Source: an uncultured Ignavibacteriales bacterium (GTDB lineage Bacteria > Bacteroidota > Ignavibacteria > Tepidaquicellales > OLB5). From it: DNA of 43,379 nt. Below are positions 16,279 through 24,478 of the stretch, piece after piece (position 1 is the stretch's first letter; each line of letters begins with the position of its first letter). Under the pieces are notes generated by a model. That model saw only the letters and a program-made list of their open reading frames with translations, did not search any database and was not told the origin of the DNA. The stretch spans positions 1 to 43,379 of the forward strand of contig CAZOAP010000002.1 in the NCBI GenBank assembly GCA_964577645.1, given 5' to 3'. A program made the position numbers and the translations under genes.

Positions 16279-17673
16279 ATGCACCCTGAAACCAAAAATA
16301 ACAATTTACAATACCCTTCAAAAGAGCCTGAAACTGCAAACACAACAGGCTCCGCACTCAATACACTAAGTTCAGCAATATTTTATCTTGCCATTTTATT
16401 TTTCATTATCGGTTTTAATTTCAGTGATGTTATGGTTGGCAACTGGTACCAGCAGTTCTTTCCGAATATTGGCGGAAGATCTGTAACTGATATAACATTT
16501 TTAGACAGTTTAAACGGTTACGCTGTTGCTACACAAACATCTGATACAAGTTACATTATGAAAACGATAAATGGTGGAGATAACTGGCAAATTGTTTACA
16601 GGAATTTTTTTGCTATGACAAAAATTCAGTTTCTGAATGTTAACACCGGATATGCATGCGGAGGCTATCTTTACAAAACTGTTAATGGTGGTTTAAATTG
16701 GATTCAGGTAAATACACCATCTATAACTGCAGAAGAAATGTATGTATTAAATCAGGATACAATTTGGATAATTTGGAAAGAAAGTTTATTAGGCGGCGTA
16801 TACCGTACCACGAATGGCGGAGCAAACTGGGAGCAGCAACTGAATCTGGGAAGCTCTAATCCAGATCATATTTATATGATTAATGGTAGAAAAGGATTTA
16901 TATCCCAAACCAATAATTATACAAGAATAACAACCAACAGCGGAATGAACTGGACAATACTATTTAATGGAAGTGGACAGGGATTTTATGATATGTACTT
17001 TGCAGATAGCTTAACAGGTTGGGGTAACTTTTTTGAAACGAGGAAAACAACAGACGGGGGTTTTAATTGGTTTTCACAAACAATGCCTTCAGGTGGAAAT
17101 ATTGTTACGTCACCCATCCAAAATCTTGCTGGTTTAAATAAGGATACAATATGGGGTGCCGGTGCCCAAATATTAACTTCTTTAGGAATTAGAGGGATGA
17201 TAAATCGCACTACAGACGGCGGGAATACCTGGTTATTCCAGGTACCAGATTCATCATATAATAATAATATTTATAGGTATCTAGTTTTTTACAACAAATT
17301 AAATGGTTGGGCATATCTGAATTCTCTTAGAGGTATACATACAATAACAGGAGGAGACCCTATATGGCTTACTCCTGTTCAACAGATAAGTACAGAAGTG
17401 CCGAAGGAATATAGGTTATATCAGAATTACCCGAATCCGTTTAACCCGGTAACAAATATCAAATACAGTGTGAAACGTGAAACGTCAGACGTGAAACTGG
17501 TAGTTTTTGATATTACGGGCAAAGAAATAATAATACTTGTAAATCAAAAACAATCAGCAGGTACTTATGAGGTTGATTTTAGCGGAAGTAATTATTCATC
17601 CGGCTTATATTTTTATTCATTAATAATTGACGGAAAATTAACAGATACAAAAAAGATGATCCTTTTAAAATAA
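16279..17673 (+). CDS. BNR/Asp-box beta-propeller protein with T9SS C-terminal sorting domain (paralog A)
   Basis: 464 aa. Carries repeated S/T-x-D/N-G-G-x-x-W boxes (TINGGDNW, TVNGGLNW, TTNGGANW, TTDGGFNW, TTDGGNTW). The C-terminal YQNYPNPFNPVTNIKYSV...GKEI...SGLYFYSL..KKMILLK is typical of T9SS CTDs. There is an N-terminal hydrophobic anchor (LSSAIFYLAILFFIIGFNF). Confidence 0.8.
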   Translation: MHPETKNNNLQYPSKEPETANTTGSALNTLSSAIFYLAILFFIIGFNFSDVMVGNWYQQFFPNIGGRSVTDITFLDSLNGYAVATQTSDTSYIMKTINGGDNWQIVYRNFFAMTKIQFLNVNTGYACGGYLYKTVNGGLNWIQVNTPSITAEEMYVLNQDTIWIIWKESLLGGVYRTTNGGANWEQQLNLGSSNPDHIYMINGRKGFISQTNNYTRITTNSGMNWTILFNGSGQGFYDMYFADSLTGWGNFFETRKTTDGGFNWFSQTMPSGGNIVTSPIQNLAGLNKDTIWGAGAQILTSLGIRGMINRTTDGGNTWLFQVPDSSYNNNIYRYLVFYNKLNGWAYLNSLRGIHTITGGDPIWLTPVQQISTEVPKEYRLYQNYPNPFNPVTNIKYSVKRETSDVKLVVFDITGKEIIILVNQKQSAGTYEVDFSGSNYSSGLYFYSLIIDGKLTDTKKMILLK

Positions 17674-17700
17674 ATTTTGTAACATTAAAACCTGATTAAG

Positions 17701-18633
17701 ATGAGAACAAAACTTACAATATCAGTTATTTTACTTGTGATTTTAACACTCGCATTTATATATAATGCTCAGCGTAATGATACTACATACATGGTAGAAA
17801 ACATAGGTCCAAACGATCATTATACACTAACTGCAGACGAACAGAATAAAAGGCTTGAATATCTTCTTTCAGGTAAAACAGAGAAATATGAGTGTGAACG
17901 TGATTTCATGGTTAATGAAACGGGTTCAGTTATAAAAGATACTTCAGAATTCGGGAAAGGAGCATACGTAATGTGTTGTAACGCAGCTTCTGATAAACCC
18001 GGTTACATAGTAAGGGATGCGAAAAAACAAAAATATGAATACAGCCTGCAAAACAACTGGATGAACGATACAGCTCATAACTGGTATATAAAACCAAGTA
18101 TAAGGATAAACCGGAATTTTATCCTTACAGCTGATCATGAAACCCGTCTTAAAAACTTACAGGCAAAAATATGCAGGTTAGAAGTAGTAAATACAGAGGG
18201 AAAAGTTATCAGAGAGACCGAATACCAGGGAAAACATTTCTGCCAGAAATGCCCCGGTGAGGAATGCAGTTATTTTTACACAGGTAATTATATGGAAGGA
18301 TACGGCTTTTTGTTTGACGATGCACAGGAAAGAAAGAGTTATACAGTAATAAACGGAAAGGAATTAAATCCGGATGCTCTTGCAGATACAAAAAATACGG
18401 GACTGGATTACAGGATATATTGGTACGGAAACACGGATATCTGGGTTGATTACATACTTGTTGAAAACGATGTATCTGCAGAATTGGCAGAAGGTAAGTT
18501 CAGCCACTGGTTTGTAGCAATGAGGGATATAGATCTGACCGGGTTGAGCAAAATTAAAATTAACCCTGACCAATCCTTGTATTACAGAGATCTAATAAAT
18601 AAAGCATGCGGTATTGGGATAACAGCAAAATAA
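17701..18633 (+). CDS. hypothetical exported protein
   Basis: 310 aa with an N-terminal signal/anchor (MRTKLTISVILLVILTLAFIYNAQ). It is sandwiched between the two T9SS paralogs. I recognise no family. Confidence 0.5.
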   Translation: MRTKLTISVILLVILTLAFIYNAQRNDTTYMVENIGPNDHYTLTADEQNKRLEYLLSGKTEKYECERDFMVNETGSVIKDTSEFGKGAYVMCCNAASDKPGYIVRDAKKQKYEYSLQNNWMNDTAHNWYIKPSIRINRNFILTADHETRLKNLQAKICRLEVVNTEGKVIRETEYQGKHFCQKCPGEECSYFYTGNYMEGYGFLFDDAQERKSYTVINGKELNPDALADTKNTGLDYRIYWYGNTDIWVDYILVENDVSAELAEGKFSHWFVAMRDIDLTGLSKIKINPDQSLYYRDLINKACGIGITAK

Positions 18634-18695
18634 TATTGAATTTTACTGGAATTTTCAATTAATTTCTTAATTTTACCATAAATATAGTTATTGAA

Positions 18696-20090
18696 ATGTA
18701 CCCTAAGGATAAAATAAATACTACCGAAACAAGGCTTAATACACTAAGTTCAGCAATATTTTACCTTGCCATATTATTTTTCATAATAGGTTTTAACTTC
18801 AGTGATGTCATGGTAGGCAACTGGTATCAGCAGTTTATGCCTAATATAGGTGGGAGATTAATTAATGATATTACCTTTACAGATAGTCTGAATGGTTATG
18901 TAGTTACAAATGAAATTTCAGATAGTTCATTTATTTTAAGAACTACTTCTGGGGGTGATAACTGGTTTTTAAGCCATTTTGATACCGGAATTTGTTCTTA
19001 TTATAGTATTCAATTTATAAACCAAAGTACCGGGTTTGTTAGTGGATACATTTATGACGGGAGTACATTCAAAATCGTAAAAACTACAAATGGAGGAATA
19101 AATTGGTATTATATAAATTCAGCATTTGATGTTGTTGCTTTAGATATGCATGTATTGAATCAAGACACAATATGGCTAGTTGATGGAGGTTCTGCAACCG
19201 GCGGCGTATTCCGCACAACAAATGGCGGCACAAGCTGGCAAAACCAATTGAATGTTGGAAGCTTAAATCCCGGAAAGATATATATGTTTGACAGAAATTT
19301 GGGTTTTGTATCAGAAACAACAGGGCAAATATTAAGAAGGACATCAAACAGCGGAGTGAACTGGACAACTTTGCCTACTGCAGGAGCTTTTACGGACATG
19401 TATTTTATAAATAGTTTAACAGGATGGAAAACGGGCGCTCCAGGTGGACCAGGGTTAAGGAAAACTACTGATGGCGGTTTGAATTGGTTTGACCTGCCCT
19501 TACCAGGCGGAGGTAATATTTTCGCTCCTCAGATTGAAAAAATAAGTGTATTGAATAAAGATACCATATGGGGAGTTGGTGCTCAAATACTCACTGGTAG
19601 TGGAATTAGAGGAATGATCAACAGATCAACAGACGGAGGAATAACATGGTTATTTCAGGTTCCGGACTCAAGTTATAATAATAATAAATATTATTTTATA
19701 AATTTTTATAATAAACAAAATGGTTGGGCTTATTTAAATTTTAGCAGAGGTATTCATACTACAACTGGCGGAGACCCTATTTGGTTAACTCCATTAACCC
19801 AGATCAGCAGCGAAGTACCTGTTTACTATAATTTGTTTAATAATTTTCCTAACCCTTTTAATCCAAATACAAAGATTAAATACAGCGTGAAACGTCAAAC
19901 GTCAAACGTGAAACTGGTAGTTTTTGATATTACGGGCAAAGAAATAATAAATCTTGTAGATGATGCACAAACAGCAGGCACATATAAAGTTGACTGGAAT
20001 GCGGCAGGATACTCCAGCGGTATATATTTTTACTCTCTTATAATTAATAGTTCAGTAATTGATACAAAGAAGATGGTGCTGCTTAAATAG
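18696..20090 (+). CDS. BNR/Asp-box beta-propeller protein with T9SS C-terminal sorting domain (paralog B)
   Basis: 464 aa, the same length and layout as 16279..17673. The N-terminal anchor (LNTLSSAIFYLAILFFIIGFNFSDVMVGNWYQQF) and the C-terminal domain are near-identical, and a 43-nt stretch (gtgaaactggtagtttttgatattacgggcaaagaaataataa) is identical. Confidence 0.8.
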   Translation: MYPKDKINTTETRLNTLSSAIFYLAILFFIIGFNFSDVMVGNWYQQFMPNIGGRLINDITFTDSLNGYVVTNEISDSSFILRTTSGGDNWFLSHFDTGICSYYSIQFINQSTGFVSGYIYDGSTFKIVKTTNGGINWYYINSAFDVVALDMHVLNQDTIWLVDGGSATGGVFRTTNGGTSWQNQLNVGSLNPGKIYMFDRNLGFVSETTGQILRRTSNSGVNWTTLPTAGAFTDMYFINSLTGWKTGAPGGPGLRKTTDGGLNWFDLPLPGGGNIFAPQIEKISVLNKDTIWGVGAQILTGSGIRGMINRSTDGGITWLFQVPDSSYNNNKYYFINFYNKQNGWAYLNFSRGIHTTTGGDPIWLTPLTQISSEVPVYYNLFNNFPNPFNPNTKIKYSVKRQTSNVKLVVFDITGKEIINLVDDAQTAGTYKVDWNAAGYSSGIYFYSLIINSSVIDTKKMVLLK

Positions 20091-20116
20091 GGAGATAGTA
20101 ATATTGATAATAAAAT

Positions 20117-20152
20117 TGCAGAGTCGACAAAAAGCGTTAGACTCTGCATTTT
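20117..20152 (+). terminator. hairpin + T-run ('tgcagagtc' repeat family copy)
   Basis: tgcagagtc (20117-20125) / gactctgca (20140-20148) followed by tttt, 27 nt after the stop at 20090. Confidence 0.5.
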
Positions 20153-20187
20153 ACAAAAAGTAAAAATAATTATAACATTTTTTGCAG

Positions 20188-20214
20188 AGACGGGTCCCGT
20201 ATCCGTCTTTTTTA
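20188..20214 (+). terminator. second hairpin + T-run
   Basis: agacgg gtcccgtat ccgtct tttttt. Confidence 0.5.
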
Positions 20215-20244
20215 CAAATCAACTGCCGCAAAATTCAGAGACAT

Positions 20245-21705
20245 TTATTTGCTCAATTCGGCAGCTTTATCAAGCAGCCACCCGCGTGAAAGTACGCTTT
20301 CATCTTCATTCAGGTCCTTTACAAGCTTATGATGCCTGAAATCATCATAATTCAGCCTGGTATTCAGCAGCTCGGTGTAATATTTAATGAAAGTAAGATG
20401 CAGCTTTTTTACACCCTCTGATATATTCATCCCGCCGGAAAGCAGGTGTTTTGTGGCATCAATTACCGATATTGCAGTTTCAAAATACCCAAGCTCATAA
20501 TAGGTCTTCATCAGTATATTCTTTACATCTATCTTGAAAATCTCATGGTCATAATTCACCTTCATAATATACTCCAGTGTTTTCGAAAAATCGGAAATTT
20601 CAAATGATAATATGCCAAGCGAGATATTTTCAATGGAATCCTTGTTATCAGCCCTGACATACTGCAGGTACTTTGCTATGAACTCCCGTATCCACTCAAA
20701 TTCCTTCACTTCAATAGCTATGTATAGTATGTTCCGGTATGTAACAAGGTTCATGAATTTATTATGAAATGAAAGCAGGTTGCCGTGCTCCAGAGAAAAT
20801 TTATAGAGGCTGAAGAGCTCCTTATAGCTTTCATTATCTTTTTTGTGGATAATTCTCGAAAGCCCGAAATTTAACAGCGCCGTAATTACCCTCGAGGCGT
20901 AGGCATGGTCATACCTTGTGATATTTTCATAAAGCTGCTGTTTTAGTTCATTGTACGCATCAAAATCATTCAGGTCAGAGTTAAGCCTGATAAAGAGGTA
21001 TGATTCCCTTAATGAAAAGCTGTCATTATTTTTCTGCAGGCCTGTATCAGATGAAAATCCCTCTAGATCAAAATACCTGAAAAAAATATCGAAGGCAGAG
21101 CTGCCCCCTTCCTTTTTATACGAGGATAACACCTGGCTTTTGAGCTTATATATATCAGCAAATGAATGCATGAATTGGTATAAGGTATAGTCGCCGTAAT
21201 CACCCAGCTTCTCCGAGGCTTCGCGGAACATGTTATTATTTACAAAGTAATTGTATTTGATCCTGTTCAGCGCGGCTTTATCCTTCAGGTGGTCGCTGTA
21301 TATCTTTTTTTCATTTATCGTTTCTTCCAGCTCTCCAAGCCTTGTTTCAATGGATGCACCTGAGCCGTATTGATTGATATTATCAAGTACTGTGATCTTC
21401 TTTAATGCTTTATCCTTACGTATGGTATTAATAAAAATAAATTCTTCCGTTAACTGAATAAGGTTTGAAATAAGCTTTCTCAAGAGGTCATCGCTGTAAG
21501 CCCTGCTGCCGTATACCGCACGGAATAAATTTTCACGGGAGTAATTCTTTTTATCAAATGAAGGGTAATATTTTTTTATCTCATCAAACAGAAGTGCAGT
21601 TGCATCGCTGGTATTAAAATACGGCGAGCTGACAAATTTAGAAAACTCCCTGATCTCTTCCTTAGAGAAATTTTTGAGGATCCTGGTTATGGATGAATTT
21701 TGCAT
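20245..21705 (-). CDS. hypothetical helical protein
   Basis: 486-aa uninterrupted ORF that is helix-rich (TPR-like feel in the C-terminal half) and has no signal peptide. I recognise no motif. Confidence 0.55.
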   Translation of the reverse strand: MQNSSITRILKNFSKEEIREFSKFVSSPYFNTSDATALLFDEIKKYYPSFDKKNYSRENLFRAVYGSRAYSDDLLRKLISNLIQLTEEFIFINTIRKDKALKKITVLDNINQYGSGASIETRLGELEETINEKKIYSDHLKDKAALNRIKYNYFVNNNMFREASEKLGDYGDYTLYQFMHSFADIYKLKSQVLSSYKKEGGSSAFDIFFRYFDLEGFSSDTGLQKNNDSFSLRESYLFIRLNSDLNDFDAYNELKQQLYENITRYDHAYASRVITALLNFGLSRIIHKKDNESYKELFSLYKFSLEHGNLLSFHNKFMNLVTYRNILYIAIEVKEFEWIREFIAKYLQYVRADNKDSIENISLGILSFEISDFSKTLEYIMKVNYDHEIFKIDVKNILMKTYYELGYFETAISVIDATKHLLSGGMNISEGVKKLHLTFIKYYTELLNTRLNYDDFRHHKLVKDLNEDESVLSRGWLLDKAAELSK

Positions 21706-21959
21706 AATGCAGTTATGAGTTATCTTTCACATCTAAAAACGAAAATTCACGTAAAATTATCAATTTTAAGCAATTAAACAAGCTATTTAGCCCAAGTTCT
21801 TTCACAAATAATAACTAATTTCATACTTTAGGTATTAACCGGATGTAAACACGAACACTTTTAACTATCAATTATCAGTTAAATTATTTGCTACAGTAAT
21901 GTATATATCATATATTTGTGAAAATTTCAGGTATACAATAAACTGATCATTTAAAATTT

Positions 21960-22514
21960 ATGAAATACAACTATCCATATACAATTGATAACGGGCTTGG
22001 CGAAAAACTTATTTTCAGGGAAGTGATAGATGAAAATGGAATCGAAAAAGTAACAGCTGAAAATTTTGTTCAGCCCGGGGCGGGACCGCTGATGCATACG
22101 CACCTTCTGCAGGATGAAGTGCTTACCGTAATCTCAGGAGAAATGACATACCAGGTGCTTGGTGAAGAGCCGAAAATTGCGCGAGCAGGCGATACAGCGC
22201 TGTTTAAGCGCGGCGTTGCGCATAAGTTTACCAATTCAGGAGATACCGTGCTTAACTGTATTGGATGGTTAAAGCCGGCAAACACAATTGTATTCTACCT
22301 CAGTGCTATCTACGATGCGCAGAAAAAATCCGGCAAGCCGCAGCCTGAATTATTTGATGCGGCATATTTAATGACAAGATATAAAAGCGAATATGACCTG
22401 CCTGAGATGCCGGGATTTGTAAAGAAGGTAGTATTACCTTTTGTATGCCTTACGGGTAAGCTGCTGGGAAGATACAGCCATTTTAAAAATGCACCGGAAC
22501 CGGTTAAGGAATGA
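21960..22514 (+). CDS. cupin domain protein
   Basis: 184 aa. The block GAGPLMHTHLLQDEVLTVISGEMTY ... GDTALFKRGVAHKFTN fits the two cupin motifs (G-x5-H-x-H ... G-x5-P-x-G-x2-H). Confidence 0.75.
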   Translation: MKYNYPYTIDNGLGEKLIFREVIDENGIEKVTAENFVQPGAGPLMHTHLLQDEVLTVISGEMTYQVLGEEPKIARAGDTALFKRGVAHKFTNSGDTVLNCIGWLKPANTIVFYLSAIYDAQKKSGKPQPELFDAAYLMTRYKSEYDLPEMPGFVKKVVLPFVCLTGKLLGRYSHFKNAPEPVKE

Positions 22515-22846
22515 AAAATTTCTGCAGGTGATATAACAATTTTAACCTGTGAATTTTTGATTTTATATTACGGTTTCCGCTAAAGCTGATCTTGATATAT
22601 TAATTTTGTTAATGGGGCCATGCAGGCTCTTTTCTATTACCCGAATTTTAATTACAGTAAAATTTCATCAAAGATCCCTCACAATCAAATAGTCCGATTT
22701 TTGTTAATTACCGTATAAAAAAGCAGTTTTTTAACTTTTTATAGTGCTATGTTTCCTCACAAATTGTATTTTTTTTCTTTGAGTTAGGGGGTATTGGAGG
22801 GCTATCTTTGTACCATTAAAGATTCAACACAGACGAAGGGAATTTA

Positions 22847-22945
22847 ATGAAAATTAAAAACGTGATATCAAAGGATAAAGCAGGAAAGATCATCAAGCTG
22901 TTAAAAACAATTTTACTATCACTTTTATTTGTAACGGCAAAATAA
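22847..22945 (+). CDS. possible 32-aa small membrane peptide
   Basis: MKIKNVISKDKAGKIIKLLKTILLSLLFVTAK. It is preceded by gaaggga (a Shine-Dalgarno-like sequence) and by TTTG(22778)-21 nt-TATCTTTG(22803-22810). Too short to judge by composition. Confidence 0.25.
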   Translation: MKIKNVISKDKAGKIIKLLKTILLSLLFVTAK

Positions 22946-23021
22946 ATTTCATAAACAAGAATATAAAATATACAACTAAATAATTCCAAAAAATCAAATT
23001 AAAAAGAAAAGGAAACAAAAA

Positions 23022-23564
23022 ATGAATTACAGAACGAACAGCATTAAGCTCAGAACAATTTTAACTGCGGTATTATTTGCATTAACAATCATAAGCGCAG
23101 CAAAGGCACAGGATATGACTCCGCCAAAGCCAATAGAATCAAGCTACTTTGATAAATGGGTAGGCACATGGGTTGGAGAAAATGTTTATAACGGACAAAC
23201 TGGTAAACAAACAATTGTTGCCGCATGGGACCTTAATCACCAGTTCCTTGTAGTTAACGTAACAGGTACAAATGATAACAACCCTGATTTTAAATACAAA
23301 GGTACCGGCTATTATACTATAGATAATAACGGTAATTATGTGGGCTATTGGTTCGATATATTCGGTATTGCGGGTATATCTGAATCAAAGGGAAAAACTA
23401 CACCTAATAGAGTTGATGGCAGTGTTACTGCACCCGGATATACAGGAACAGAATTTGCTGAGTTTAAGGGTGATAACGAGGTTGTTATGGGTTCCAAAGG
23501 CACATATGAATTTAATGGTCAAAAGATGCCTATGGAAATGACAACAACATATAAGAGGAAGTAG
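23022..23564 (+). CDS. secreted beta-rich hypothetical protein
   Basis: 180 aa with a signal peptide (..LTIISAAKAQD) and a Gly/Tyr/Thr-rich beta-barrel-like composition. Confidence 0.6.
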   Translation: MNYRTNSIKLRTILTAVLFALTIISAAKAQDMTPPKPIESSYFDKWVGTWVGENVYNGQTGKQTIVAAWDLNHQFLVVNVTGTNDNNPDFKYKGTGYYTIDNNGNYVGYWFDIFGIAGISESKGKTTPNRVDGSVTAPGYTGTEFAEFKGDNEVVMGSKGTYEFNGQKMPMEMTTTYKRK

Positions 23565-23662
23565 TACACCGGGTAATATACAGGGGTGAATATGAAGTTC
23601 ACCCCTTAAAAATAAGAAAAAAACGCAAAAAACATTTCCACTATATATAAGGATATTTTCAA

Positions 23663-24043
23663 ATGGAAGCAGAAAAACCGGTATCTATAAAATACCTCTC
23701 AAATATCATAAAAAGCCTGGAAGATATGAAAAAAGGGATAAGGAACAATGAAACGTTATGGAAAAACTTTAATATAACAGCTGCAGACATAGATGAACAT
23801 ATTTACAGAATATATACCAAGGGCAGGGAAATAGAAAAATTAAAAAAGGAGCTTTCGCAAAGACTGACCGAAGCAAGAGAAATGAAAGAGTATGAAAAAA
23901 AATTTCTGTCTGTGCTCGAAAAAAGAACTATCGGTATTCACGCAGATGATGAGAACAAGTTAAAGGAATACGGGGTAGGCATAACAAATGCATCAGCAAT
24001 TTTACATGAAGAGAAACCGGAGAAAAATTTTAAGGCAGCATAA
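23663..24043 (+). CDS. hypothetical coiled-coil protein
   Basis: 126 aa, charged and helical. No recognisable motif. Confidence 0.45.
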   Translation: MEAEKPVSIKYLSNIIKSLEDMKKGIRNNETLWKNFNITAADIDEHIYRIYTKGREIEKLKKELSQRLTEAREMKEYEKKFLSVLEKRTIGIHADDENKLKEYGVGITNASAILHEEKPEKNFKAA

Positions 24044-24478
24044 AAGAATAACACTTCCAAAAAAAAACTTTACAAAAATTTTCTGAAAAATCAAAACGCC
24101 AGCAGGCATAAAAATTTCTGACAGAAATCGCCGAAACCAGCCGCAATTTGCCGAATACTTCCGGCAGGAAAAAAAAATTTTGAAAAGGAAAAATTTCCTG
24201 ATTTGAGAAATTAGCTGACTGCAAGGCTTTACGGCTTGTCAAGTGTTTTCGGAAAAAAATTTCCTGCGATGTAATTTGCATTTATAGTTTTGTTCTGTTA
24301 ATTTTGTTTCCAATCGTTAATGAAAGCTAATCAAGGTCACAAAAAGGAAAGCTTAATTCAAAAATTGAAGCGTAACCCCTGCTGATTCAAAAAGATAGAA
24401 TTCAGATGTTACTACAGTATTAACGATATATTAAATTTTAATAAAAGAAATTCCGAAAATTTTTTAATTACTTACCGC

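Noticed and set aside
16090-16284. 64-aa minus-strand ORF between kamA and the first T9SS gene
   Set aside because: It covers a terminator and REP-like hairpins (gtcgttggtc/gaccaacgac). It is not protein-like.
24030-24281. 83-aa minus-strand ORF in the nrdJ leader
   Set aside because: It lies in AT-rich repeat-motif DNA. It has no start context and a junk-like sequence.
24290-24478. Cobalamin riboswitch or NrdR boxes upstream of nrdJ
   Set aside because: I could find no B12-box-like core and no pair of 16-bp NrdR palindromes. The best NrdR match (taacgatatattaaat, ~24431-24446) fits only about 10 of 16 positions and stands alone. A covariance-model scan would be needed to be certain.
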